64,000 nt of DNA from contig CAZGJA010000089.1 in NCBI GenBank assembly GCA_964526695.1, positions 52,694-116,693 of the forward strand. The letters run 5' to 3'. The notes beneath the pieces are model-generated. The model ran no database searches. It had not been told where the DNA came from and saw nothing but the letters and a program-made list of their open reading frames with translations. The translations under genes and the position numbers were made by a program. Positions 1 to 11,471 of the stretch are shown piece after piece; the stretch's first letter is position 1, and the number at the start of each line of letters is the position of its first letter. The DNA comes from an uncultured Phycisphaeraceae bacterium (lineage in GTDB: Bacteria > Planctomycetota > Phycisphaerae > UBA1845).

Positions 1-844
1 CCGCCTCAAGGCGGTGGCACGAACCGCCCGGCTGAAGCCGGCCCGGGACGACTCAGCACGATGCAAGTGCAAGCTTGGGATCGGCTGCGATCGGAGACAC
101 TCATCAATGGGCGGAGGCAGAATCAGGTGAGACGTTCTGCGGTTCTACATAGCCCCAAATCAGGCGTAAAGAAATGGCCTTTCCCCGCGTCGCGACCGCC
201 GCGTCGGCGGTGCACAGCGAGAACGGAGCGACCGCGGGGTCGCGCCAGCGGCGGCACGCCGCCGCATGCGCCTCACCCCCCAGCCGCATCGCCTCCACCC
301 CTCCCACAACCCGGCCCACGCCCTCCCCACTACGCAATCGGCCGCCTCGACCATAAGACCCCGGACGCTACTGCCCTGACGGTCGCGGCTCGGATCCGCA
401 CCGCTCCCTTACGGTCACGGCTCGGATAGGCGCCGCGCTCCCTCGCGGTCGCGGCCCGGCCAAGTGTTAGCATCAAGGCGGCACCACAATAGCCGTCGCC
501 ACAGGCGCGGTCCGGGGCGGCAGGTTCGAGCCGGCGGGTCGGTTCGCGGACGGATGCCCTCGGGTTTGCTCGCGGGTGGATGAGCGGAAGACCCCGCGGG
601 CTTCCATACCCCTCTGAATCACCCGTTCCGCGCGCACCGTTGACAACGCAGCCGCCTCCATTGAAAACGTCTTTCCGCGGATCGCCGCGGACCTGTGCGG
701 TGAATCCCGCGGTGAAGGCGGATGTACAAAACCGGGGATGTGGACGATGCATATTCAGGGGCGGCCTCGAGGGCGGGCGCGATGATCGCTTTCGCGGCCT
801 GCCGCGCGTCCTGGAACGGAGCCTGATCGGAGGAAGAGCACGAC

Positions 845-2080
845 ATGAGCGCCAATCCCTACACCTTCCACACCCTCCCCAACGGGCTGCGCATCGTCAT
901 CGAGGTCATGCCCGACGTGCCCAGCGCCGCCGCCGGGTTCCTCGCGCGAACCGGCGCACGCGACGAGACGCGCGAGGTGGCCGGCGTGTCGCACTTCCTC
1001 GAGCACATGATGTTCAAGGGCACGCCCCACCGCACCTGGCACGAGATCAACAGCGCCTTCGACGCCATGGGCAGCACCTACAACGCCTTCACCAGCAACG
1101 ACCGCACGTTCTACTACGGCTGGGTTCCGCGCGACCGGCTGCGGGCGCAGCTCGAACTCCTTGCGGACATGATGCAATCGGCCATCCCGCCGCAGGAGTT
1201 CGACATGGAGAAAAACGTCATCCTCGAGGAAATCGCCCGATCGAAGGACAACCTCGTGTCCGTCGCGTTCGACTTCCTCATGGAAAAAGTGTTCGCGGGG
1301 CATCCGCTGGAGTGGCCCGTGCTCGGCTACGACGACACCGTCCGGAACCTGCAGCGCGATCAGATGGTCGCATATTTCAGGCGGCGCTATGCGCCGGACA
1401 ACCTGATCCTCATCGTCGCCGGCAACGTCGATCCGGCGCAGGTCATCGCCTGGGCGCAGGAGCTGTGCGGCGGCTGGCAGGCCGGGTGCGAGGGTCCGCC
1501 GCGCACGCCGCCGGGCCTCGGCGTGGGCAAGGGGCACCTGACGCTGACGCGGTTTCAGCAGCAGGTCGTGATGTGGTGCTTCCCCGCGCCGCCGGGCAGC
1601 GTGGACGCGTGCGAGACGGCCTCCGCGGCCTCGACGATCCTCGGCGGCGAGAACTCGCGGTTTTTCTGGAATATCGTGCAGAAGGGCATCTGCCCGCGGG
1701 CGGGCGCGTTTCACATGGACTTCTCCGACGTCGGCTCGATCATCCTCTGGGCCATGTGCGAGCCGAAGAACACGCGGGCCGCCTTCGACGCCATGCGCGC
1801 GGAGACGCAGAAGTTTCAGACGGGCGGCGTCACGCCTGAAGAGGTGGCGCGGGTGCGCAACAAGCGCCTGACCTCGCTCGCCGCGGAAGCCGAAGCGCCC
1901 TACGATCGCCTCAAGCAGATCATGGACGACGTCGATTACCGCGGACAACCCCGGACGGTCGAGCAGCGCCTCGCCGTGGTCAACGCCATCACGCCCGCCA
2001 CGCTGGCGCAGTATTCGCAAACGTATCCCCTCGCGGGAGAGGGATTCCTCATCAGCGTCGGACCCGCCGAGTGGACATGA
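845..2080 (+). CDS. M16 family (pitrilysin/insulinase-like) zinc peptidase
   Basis: 411-aa ORF. N-terminal HFLEH (HxxEH inverted zinc motif) in the context GVSHFLEHMMFKGT, typical of M16 peptidases. GC3-rich codons. Confidence 0.85.
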   Translation: MSANPYTFHTLPNGLRIVIEVMPDVPSAAAGFLARTGARDETREVAGVSHFLEHMMFKGTPHRTWHEINSAFDAMGSTYNAFTSNDRTFYYGWVPRDRLRAQLELLADMMQSAIPPQEFDMEKNVILEEIARSKDNLVSVAFDFLMEKVFAGHPLEWPVLGYDDTVRNLQRDQMVAYFRRRYAPDNLILIVAGNVDPAQVIAWAQELCGGWQAGCEGPPRTPPGLGVGKGHLTLTRFQQQVVMWCFPAPPGSVDACETASAASTILGGENSRFFWNIVQKGICPRAGAFHMDFSDVGSIILWAMCEPKNTRAAFDAMRAETQKFQTGGVTPEEVARVRNKRLTSLAAEAEAPYDRLKQIMDDVDYRGQPRTVEQRLAVVNAITPATLAQYSQTYPLAGEGFLISVGPAEWT

Positions 2081-3000
2081 GCCGCAGCCCGAGCATCATT
2101 CAGACGCGCACGGCGGTCTCGCCGAAAGTGACGGTCATCTACTCGTCAAGGGCCGTCCCCGCGCCGCTGGCCGCCCGCAAGCCCGGCGCGGTGATCCTCA
2201 GCTTGCTGATCGGCCTGCTGCATCTCCTCGTCGCGTCGGGCGTCTTCTACGCCGTCTGGTGGCCGATCGACAAGTGGATGGCTGTCACCATCATGATGAA
2301 GGTGCCGCTGCCGATCGATGCGATCGCGAAGATGGCTGACAATTCCAAGGGGGAACGAGGCTCGGGGCTTGCTTGGCTGCTACTAAGCGCTGAACTCGAG
2401 GCCCACCCTGCCGCCGACAATCCTGATGCAGGCGACGGCAATGTGGCGCCGGACTCCGCCGCGCGGTTGCGCTATCCGATGCCATACCGGGGGGAGATTG
2501 CCGGGCGCACCATGTACTATTGGCAAGCTCTGATGGCCTCAGTCGTCGGTCTCTGGTCTATGGCTGCCGGAGTACGGTTCGGCGGGACCGGAGGGCGCGG
2601 GATGCGGCGAGCCTGCGCATGGGGAGCTGTGATTGCGACGATCGTTCTCGGATCCTGGGCGGCGTTTACGTGGCAGCGATACGGTTGGCATTTTCCTATC
2701 TCCGCCGGGCAGACCGGGTTGGCGGGCGTGGGGGTTCTGTTCTTCCTCCTCGGCGCCGCGATGGGCTTCCGCGGTCGTGGCGTCGAATACGCGGCCTCGA
2801 TCTGGCTCATCCTCTCTGCGGCGGCGAGCGTGATGGCGCTCACCCTTGCGGACCGCTGCGACGCGCTGGAACCGGCGCAGGCCGCGACCGCTTTCAAGCT
2901 CCTCGTCTTCGCCGTTCAATCCGCTTACGGCTGGCTCATCCTGACTGCACTGGTTCTTCGGGCGCGAGCAGGCCGACCCGCGTTCGTGCCTGCGCGGTGA
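2077..3000 (+). CDS. hypothetical polytopic membrane protein
   Basis: ATG at 2077 overlaps the M16 stop (ATGA). Several hydrophobic helices (LLIGLLHLLVASGVFYAVWW, VLFFLLGAAMGF, LLVFAVQSAYGWLILTALVL). No family recognised. Confidence 0.5.
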   Translation: MSRSPSIIQTRTAVSPKVTVIYSSRAVPAPLAARKPGAVILSLLIGLLHLLVASGVFYAVWWPIDKWMAVTIMMKVPLPIDAIAKMADNSKGERGSGLAWLLLSAELEAHPAADNPDAGDGNVAPDSAARLRYPMPYRGEIAGRTMYYWQALMASVVGLWSMAAGVRFGGTGGRGMRRACAWGAVIATIVLGSWAAFTWQRYGWHFPISAGQTGLAGVGVLFFLLGAAMGFRGRGVEYAASIWLILSAAASVMALTLADRCDALEPAQAATAFKLLVFAVQSAYGWLILTALVLRARAGRPAFVPAR

Positions 3001-3465
3001 ACCGGCGCGACTCACCCGCGGCAACCGCAGCTCCGCCCCTCCCGCCAACGGCTGACCTCGGCAGCGGGATGCGGAGGCGGCAAGGTGGCACGGATCCGCG
3101 TCAGCGGACCCGCGAGCCGACGCGCAAGCTTCGTCAGCGGCCGTCCGAACATGGGAATCGGGGCAAGGCGCTGCAGGAGTGGTGCGCGGCACGCGTACCC
3201 CGCCCCTTCCGAGGCGCGTCAGCAGAGCGGCTCCCCTGAGGATGCCGACGACGACGTGAGCGGCTGGGGACCGGAACCCGCTTCGTCATGGGCGCGGCAT
3301 GAATGAGAGCGCTGCCTGACGGGCGCGGCTTCGACCGAAGGCACGGTCCGAGAACATCATTGAAATCCGCCCCCGGGGTGCATACCGTTCTCTGGGGCAA
3401 CGCTCGCGCGCCGATAAACCGATGATCCCGACGTTGCGAGGTCGTCCCGTGGTGGAGAATTCGAC

Positions 3466-5526
<2,061 letters not shown>

Positions 5527-5528
5527 CG

Positions 5529-6164
5529 ATGGTGGTCAAGACGCTGCATTCCGCCGACGCTACGGACGACCCGTTCCTCTCGGTCAGGTACGGCGCGACG
5601 GTCGCGGACTGGGAGGAAACTGCCGGCCCTCGACGTTTCGTGGAGCTGATCGACGGGAGGTTGATTATGCACTCACCCGCCGGGCTGGACCATCAAATCA
5701 AGTTCGGATTCCTGCATCACTTGCTGTATTCCTTCGTTGAGTCGCGCGACATGGGGCTGGTGCTCAGCGGACCATTCACCATGGATCTCGGGCTTGAACG
5801 GAAGTTCGAACCGGATTTGATCTTCGTCAGCCGACGCACCATGGAGAATCTGACCGAGGATCGGCTTCTTGGCCCCGCCGACCTCGCCATCGAGATCGCG
5901 TCCGCCAGCACCCGGTGGTACGACCGCGGCGAGAAGCGCGAGTGTTACCGCGTCGGGCGGGTGGCGGAGTACATCATGATCGATGCTTTCTGCGAACTCG
6001 TGACGCTCGACCGACCCGCAGGGCGGGAATGCCTCAGCGTCAAGGAAGGCTGGGTCGAGTCGGAGGCGTGCAAGGGCTTCGCCTTTCGCGCTGAGTGGCT
6101 GTGGAAGGATCCTCTCCCCGCGGTGGCCGCATGTCTGGCGGAGCTGGCTCAACGCGGAGGCTAG
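5529..6164 (+). CDS. Uma2 family (DUF820) putative endonuclease
   Basis: Motifs FEPDLIFVS ... PADLAIEIASAST..YDRGEKRECY...V.EYIMID match the Uma2/PD-(D/E)xK pattern. Packed between the prkA stop (5526) and the yeaH-like start (6174). Confidence 0.8.
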   Translation: MVVKTLHSADATDDPFLSVRYGATVADWEETAGPRRFVELIDGRLIMHSPAGLDHQIKFGFLHHLLYSFVESRDMGLVLSGPFTMDLGLERKFEPDLIFVSRRTMENLTEDRLLGPADLAIEIASASTRWYDRGEKRECYRVGRVAEYIMIDAFCELVTLDRPAGRECLSVKEGWVESEACKGFAFRAEWLWKDPLPAVAACLAELAQRGG

Positions 6165-6173
6165 GCGCGGGCG

Positions 6174-7274
6174 ATGCTCCTGCAAATCGACAAAGACCAT
6201 GGTCGCTTTCGACAGATCGTGCGGGGGAAGATCCGCAAGGATCTGCGCAAGTTCCTCACGCGCGGCGAGCTGCTCGGGCGCGAAGGCCGGCGCGTCGTCA
6301 GCATTCCCGTCCCCGGCATTGACACGCCGCACTTCCGCTATGGCGACAACAACGACTCCGGCGTAGGTTCCGGAGACGGCAAGAGCGGTGACAAGGTCGG
6401 TCAGGACGGCGAAGGCATCGGCCCGGGCGGGACTCAAGAAGGCCAGCACCTGCTCGAAGTGGACATCAGTCTCGATGAGCTGGCGGACATTCTCGGAGAG
6501 GAACTGAAGCTGCCGCGCATCGAGCCGAAGGGCCGGCACAACATCACCAGCGAAAAGGACCGCTACAGCTCGATCCGCCAGTCCGGTCCCGAGTCGCTGC
6601 GCCATTTCAAACGCACGTTTCGACGGGCGCTGCGCCGCCAGATCATGAGCGGCGTGTATGACCCGGATCACCCGCGCATCATCTTCGAGCGCGGCGACAA
6701 GGTGTATCGAAGCTGGAAGACGGTCAAGAAACCGCAGTCGAACGCCGTCATTTTCTACATGATGGACGTTTCCGGCTCGATGGGCGCGGAACAGAAGGAA
6801 CTGGTGCGGCTCAAGGCGTTCTGGATCGACGCCTGGCTGCGGCGCAATTATGAGGGCATCGAGAGCCGATACATTGTCCACGACGTGCGCGCGGCCGAGG
6901 TGGATCGGGAGACGTTTTACCACCTGCGCGAGGACGGGGGCACGCGGATCAGCAGCGCCTACCGGCTGGCGCGGGAGGTCATCGAGCGCGAGTATCCCGG
7001 CGCCGAGTGGAACGTGTATCTCTTCCACTTCTCCGACGGCGACAACAGCAGCGAATCCGACAGCCGCGAGTGCTGCAAGCTGCTGAAGGAATATCTGCTG
7101 CCGCTGGTTAATGAGTTCGGCTATTGCCAGGTGGCCAGCGCCTACGGCAGCGGCAATTTCATCAACGTCGTCCACGAGCAGTTCGCCCGAGACCCCAAAG
7201 TCGTCACGGCGCGGGTGAACTCGAAGGACGACATCTACGACGGGCTGAAGGCATTCTTCGCGCAAGGAAGGTAG
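6174..7274 (+). CDS. YeaH/YhbH family protein (DUF444)
   Basis: 366 aa. N-terminus IDKDHGRFRQIVRGKIRKDLRKF and a C-terminal vWA-like region (FYMMDVSGSM) typical of DUF444. Sits in the prkA/spoVR context. Confidence 0.9.
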   Translation: MLLQIDKDHGRFRQIVRGKIRKDLRKFLTRGELLGREGRRVVSIPVPGIDTPHFRYGDNNDSGVGSGDGKSGDKVGQDGEGIGPGGTQEGQHLLEVDISLDELADILGEELKLPRIEPKGRHNITSEKDRYSSIRQSGPESLRHFKRTFRRALRRQIMSGVYDPDHPRIIFERGDKVYRSWKTVKKPQSNAVIFYMMDVSGSMGAEQKELVRLKAFWIDAWLRRNYEGIESRYIVHDVRAAEVDRETFYHLREDGGTRISSAYRLAREVIEREYPGAEWNVYLFHFSDGDNSSESDSRECCKLLKEYLLPLVNEFGYCQVASAYGSGNFINVVHEQFARDPKVVTARVNSKDDIYDGLKAFFAQGR

Positions 7275-7282
7275 GGTGGAAA

Positions 7283-7352
7283 TGGTGAATGGCGAATGGC
7301 GAATGGTGAATGGTGAATGTTGAATGCCGAATGCCGAATGCTGAATGGCGAA
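7283..7352. repeat. degenerate heptanucleotide tandem array (ATGGYGA-type, 10 units)
   Basis: Read directly: atggtga atggcga atggcga atggtga atggtga atgttga atgccga atgccga atgctga atggcga. Lies in the yeaH-spoVR spacer. Confidence 0.9.
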
Positions 7353-7465
7353 TCCAAGTCGGAAGCACAAGAGAGAGGAACAAGACCCCGTGGCGAAAAC
7401 AGCGTAGAGCGGGCTATGCCCGGCCTATGGCTAATAGCCAATAGCCTGCAGCCAGCAGCTTTCTC

Positions 7466-9004
7466 ATGATCCGAACCCTTCCCAAAGAAATCGCCGAGCA
7501 GGCCGAGATCATCGCCGGGCACGCCCGCCGCGAGGGACTGGATTTCTATCCGGTCATTTATGAGATGCTCACGGCCGAGCAGATGAGCCAGGTCGCGGCC
7601 TACGGCGGCTTCCCGCAGCGCTACCCGCACTGGCGTTACGGCATGGAGTACGAGAAGCTCCGCAAGCAGCAGCGCTACGGGCTGTCCAAGATTTACGAGA
7701 TGGTGATCAACACCGACCCGTGTTACGCCTACCTGCTCGAGGACAACACCTTCACCGACCACAAGACCGTGATCGCGCATGTCTTCGGCCACTGCGACTT
7801 TTTCAAGAACAACATCTGGTTCAGCAAGACGAACCGCAAGATGATGGATGAGATGGCCAACCACGCCACCCGAATGCGGCGCTACATCGACCGCTTCGGC
7901 GTGGACAAGGTTGAGCAGTTCGTCGACGTCTGCCTCGCGCTCGACAATCTCATCGATCCGCACTCGGCCTTCATGCGCCGCCAGCCCGTGCGTCCGTCCA
8001 AGCCCGTCAATGAGGTCAAGGAGCAGGACGTCATGCGCTTCCCGGCGAAGCGCTACATGGAAACGTGGATCAACCCCCGCGAGCAGATGGCCGCGGAACG
8101 CAAGAAAGCGAAGGAAGATGCGGAGGTCCAGGAGGGGCGCTTCCCCGCTTCGCCGGTCCGCGACGTCATGCTCTTCCTGCTGGAGAACGCGCCGCTGCCG
8201 GACTGGCAGGCCGACGTCCTGGCGATGATCCGGGAGGAGGCGTATTACTTCGCGCCGCAGGGGCAGACGAAGATCATGAACGAGGGCTGGGCCAGCTACT
8301 GGCACTCGACGCTGATGACGCGTTACATCCTCCGCGACGATGAGGTTGTCACCTATTGCGATCACCATTCCGGGACGCTGGCGACCTCGCCCGGGCGGCT
8401 GAACCCCTACAAGATGGGCATTGAGCTGTTCCGCGATATTGAGCACCGCTGGAACACGGGGCGCTATGGGAAAGAGTATGACGAGTGCGACGACATGGCC
8501 CGGCGCCGCGCGTGGGGAAAGGACCGCGCGCCCAAGGAACGCATTGTGGGCAAAGCCTCGCCGGGGCGCGAGAAGATCTTCGAGGTCCGCCACGTTCACA
8601 ATGACCTGACATTCATCGACGAGTTTCTCACGCCGGAATTTGTCGAGGACCAGAAGCTCTATCAATACCGCCAGGATCCGGCCACCGGGCGCATGGTGGT
8701 GGTCAACCGCGATTTCAACAAGATCAAGCAGCAGATGCTGTTCATGCTGACCAACCACATGCAGCCGTACATCTACGTGGCCGACGGCAACCACGCCAAC
8801 CGCGGCGAGCTGCTGCTGGCGCACAAGCACAACGGCGTGGACCTGGACATCAAGTACGCGGCGGAGACGCTCAAGCAGGTTCACGTCATCTGGAAGCGCC
8901 CCGTGCACATTCAGGCGCGCATCGACGACGCCATGATGCTCTTCACCTTCGACGGCCAGCAAAGCAGCCAGCAGCGGCTGGACGAGGCGGTGTACGAAAT
9001 CTGA
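7466..9004 (+). CDS. spoVR: SpoVR family protein (YcgB-like)
   Basis: 512 aa. Family-typical N-terminus (EGLDFYPVIYEMLTAEQM) and conserved blocks (HVFGHCDFFKNN, IMNEGWASYWH). Confidence 0.9.
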   Translation: MIRTLPKEIAEQAEIIAGHARREGLDFYPVIYEMLTAEQMSQVAAYGGFPQRYPHWRYGMEYEKLRKQQRYGLSKIYEMVINTDPCYAYLLEDNTFTDHKTVIAHVFGHCDFFKNNIWFSKTNRKMMDEMANHATRMRRYIDRFGVDKVEQFVDVCLALDNLIDPHSAFMRRQPVRPSKPVNEVKEQDVMRFPAKRYMETWINPREQMAAERKKAKEDAEVQEGRFPASPVRDVMLFLLENAPLPDWQADVLAMIREEAYYFAPQGQTKIMNEGWASYWHSTLMTRYILRDDEVVTYCDHHSGTLATSPGRLNPYKMGIELFRDIEHRWNTGRYGKEYDECDDMARRRAWGKDRAPKERIVGKASPGREKIFEVRHVHNDLTFIDEFLTPEFVEDQKLYQYRQDPATGRMVVVNRDFNKIKQQMLFMLTNHMQPYIYVADGNHANRGELLLAHKHNGVDLDIKYAAETLKQVHVIWKRPVHIQARIDDAMMLFTFDGQQSSQQRLDEAVYEI

Positions 9005-9035
9005 ACGACAGATCCGAACGGCAGCGGACGGGCGC

Positions 9036-9251
9036 TCAGGCGGAAGGCGAACCCACGGCGGCGCCGCCGAGGATTTCCGCGATCGTCGAGAATCCATCGC
9101 GCACGGCCATGCAGGCCCGGAGGATGTGGAGATCGCTCATCATGGGATCGCCCGGGAACTCGGCGCGAACCTGCTCGACAAGTCGATCCAGGTCCGTCGA
9201 GTTGATCCCCGCCTCCCTGGCGATTGTTGGATAATCAAAAACCGGCATCAT
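9036..9251 (-). CDS. hypothetical small protein downstream of the PIN gene (possible TA partner)
   Basis: 71-aa ORF. Its ATG lies 10 nt after the extended PIN reading frame ends. No family recognised. Confidence 0.4.
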   Translation of the reverse strand: MMPVFDYPTIAREAGINSTDLDRLVEQVRAEFPGDPMMSDLHILRACMAVRDGFSTIAEILGGAAVGSPSA

Positions 9252-9260
9252 GGCTTCACC

Positions 9261-9713
9261 TCATAATTCCGGGGGAGCCACGATTTCGATCTCGGGCAAC
9301 CCGAGTGATGTGTTGATCTGATCAATATGCGATCGGCGCCGCCGGTTCACAAGGTGTCGGAAGTTTCAGGACAACAAAATGTCGAAACGCGACAGCACCG
9401 CAATGCTCACGTGAAGCGCGTCGTTGATGTCGGACGGAGCAAAGACTCCGGCGCGGACGTAATGGACGCCAAGTTCTTTCGCCTCGACGGACAGCGGCTC
9501 CACCTTGAACTCTCCTATAAGCTGTAGAAGCCGCTGGCGAAGGATCGGATCGCTCGTTTGCGACAGCTCCTCCCGGGCAAGCTCGGAGGTTCCCACATCG
9601 AATAGCCCAAGCCTGCGCCATACTTCCCGCGTCTGGGTCTGACGCTCCGGGAGGCGTGAATCCTCATATGCGCTGAAGACGGATGTATCCAAGTACACGC
9701 GAAGCTTGATCAT
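9261..9713 (-). pseudogene. PIN-domain (VapC-like) gene with an in-frame TGA at a conserved Trp position
   Basis: ORF 9366..9713 ends ...DILLS-TGA. The same frame continues NFRHLVNRRRRSHIDQINTSLGLPEIEIVAPPEL-stop. Related PIN proteins have SWNFKH at this position. Confidence 0.6.
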
Positions 9714-9879
9714 ACGTTACAGGCAATCCCGCAAGCTCGCCCCTTGGCGGACCCGCATATCGTCCTGCGGCGCTCGCTCCGCGCCGGTTCCTTCAAGCCC
9801 CATACACGTCAGGATCGTCCGTTCTCACTCGCAACGTCGCCCCGTCGAGCCAGGTCAGGTCGGCCTGGCGTAACGGACG

Positions 9880-11358
9880 TCACTTCCCGCCGATCGCGAA
9901 CAGCGTGTTGCGATTGTTGATATACAGCACGCCGTTGGCCGCCACGGGCGTGGTGTACACGGAGTTGTTCATGTCCATCGTGCCCTGCAACTTAAGCTCC
10001 CTGCCGTGCTGCAGGACGAAGACCTCGCCGCTCTCCGTGCCGAGCAGCACCTTGCCGTCCACGACGTAGGGCGAGCCCCAGATGGCCGCGAAGGTGTCGT
10101 GCGTCCAGAGTTTCTTGCCGGTTTTCGCGTCAATGCAGTGCAGGAAGCCGCTTAAGTCCGCGGCGTAGCACAGTCCGTCCTTCACAGCGCAGGTTGACAT
10201 GGACCGGTGAAAATCCTCGCCGCCGAGGTGCCAGACTTTGCCCGTCGCCGTGATGTCGCCGCGTTTCGTTGCGTCAATGCAATAGAAATGGCCGATGCCT
10301 TCGCCGTGCTCGGGGTCCTGCCCGACGCAGACGAAGACGTGGTCGCCGACGATGACCGGCGTGGCGATGACCTCATTGGCCGTGCCGCGCCCGCCGAGGA
10401 CGTACTTGGCGTCCGGCGGATTGAGGTTGAACTGCCACAACACATCGCCGTTCTTGGGGTCCATGGCGTAGCACCATCCGTTGCCGGCGCCGTAAACGAC
10501 CTGTGGTGCGCCGCCGATGACGCCATACGCGGGCGAAGACCATTGCCCGTGAAAGATCCTGCCGCCGGTGAGGTTCTTGCTCCAGACGACCTTGCCGCTG
10601 TCCTTGTCCACGGCGATGAAGTCCGGCGCGACCGGCTTGGGGATGTTAATGTGCCCCTCGTCCACGCCGTTCGACGTGCCGGCGAAAATGAGCTTGCCGT
10701 CGCTGACCGGCGAGGCCGTGGCGAGATTGTGGGGAAATGCGCCGAGCCCGTCGAACATATCGACGATCCAGATGAAGTCGGCGTCCATCTTGTCCTTGTA
10801 CTTCTCGCCGGTGAAGGGTCCGTCATTCTCGCCGTCCAACATGCCTTCCACGTCGCCACAGACGAGTTCACAGCGGTTGCTGACGTAGTACAGTCGATCG
10901 CCGACCACGCACGGCGAGGAGCAGATGCCCTGCTCAGGCCAGTCGTTCACCTGACCCGTGGGCATCTTGTCATGCGTGGCCTGCCAGAGGAGCTTGCCGT
11001 CGGCTTCATTGAAGCACAGGATCACGCCCTTGTCGCCGGTGATTTCCTTGCGAAACTCGCCGCCGTTGTTGCTGCCGACGTAGATCTTGCCCTTGGAGAC
11101 GACGACGTTGCCATACGTCTGCGAGCCGAGCGGCGCGGACCACTTGATGTTCTTCTTCGTCTTGATGTCCCACTCGCCGGGCAGGCCGGTCTCGTCGGAG
11201 ACCATGTTGCGATCCGGCGAGCCGCCCCACATGGGCCAGTCGCCGCGCTTGGGCGTGGGGGATTGCGCGACGGCGGCGGCCGCGAGCATCGACATCAGCA
11301 TGAGCGCGAGGGTGCAATGGCGAATGGCGAATGGCGAATGGCGAAATGGCTCGCGCAT
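9880..11358 (-). CDS. PQQ-like beta-propeller repeat protein (secreted)
   Basis: Signal-like N-terminus (CTLALMLMSMLAAAAVAQSP) and the motif WPMWGGSPDRN, with repeated propeller blades. The start at 11358 is chosen from the ATG upstream of the signal peptide. Confidence 0.8.
   Translation of the reverse strand: MREPFRHSPFAIRHCTLALMLMSMLAAAAVAQSPTPKRGDWPMWGGSPDRNMVSDETGLPGEWDIKTKKNIKWSAPLGSQTYGNVVVSKGKIYVGSNNGGEFRKEITGDKGVILCFNEADGKLLWQATHDKMPTGQVNDWPEQGICSSPCVVGDRLYYVSNRCELVCGDVEGMLDGENDGPFTGEKYKDKMDADFIWIVDMFDGLGAFPHNLATASPVSDGKLIFAGTSNGVDEGHINIPKPVAPDFIAVDKDSGKVVWSKNLTGGRIFHGQWSSPAYGVIGGAPQVVYGAGNGWCYAMDPKNGDVLWQFNLNPPDAKYVLGGRGTANEVIATPVIVGDHVFVCVGQDPEHGEGIGHFYCIDATKRGDITATGKVWHLGGEDFHRSMSTCAVKDGLCYAADLSGFLHCIDAKTGKKLWTHDTFAAIWGSPYVVDGKVLLGTESGEVFVLQHGRELKLQGTMDMNNSVYTTPVAANGVLYINNRNTLFAIGGK
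11316..11343. repeat. perfect heptanucleotide repeat (AATGGCG x4) in the 5' end of the propeller gene
   Basis: Read directly at 11316-11343. On the minus strand it encodes FRHSPFAIRH, codons 5-14 counted from ATG 11358. Confidence 0.9.
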
Positions 11359-11471
11359 TCTGAAAAAGATTCGGTTGATCGCGCATGAGCGCGTCCGGGC
11401 GGCGACTTTTCTCGGCCTGCCGGCCACTACCGACGGAGGGGTGATTTCAGCATTCATCATTCGGCATTTCC

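Noticed and set aside
523-532. GGTTCGAGCC, a tRNA T-loop-like string
   Set aside because: The flanking bases cannot form a T-stem (gcagg versus cggcg), and no acceptor or anticodon arms could be drawn. It is not a tRNA.
61-840. Several overlapping ORFs (61-429, 330-752, 580-1839) upstream of the M16 peptidase
   Set aside because: The translations are Pro/Arg-rich junk in all frames. I could not support any CDS or a known ncRNA (no RNase P, tmRNA or SRP signature) in this 0.8-kb region. It is left unannotated.
9366-9368. In-frame TGA in the PIN gene considered as Trp or Sec recoding
   Set aside because: TGA is used as an ordinary stop by many well-supported genes in this window (for example hldE, trpB, trpC and dnaA). 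No SECIS-like context is evident. A point mutation or pseudogene is the simpler explanation.
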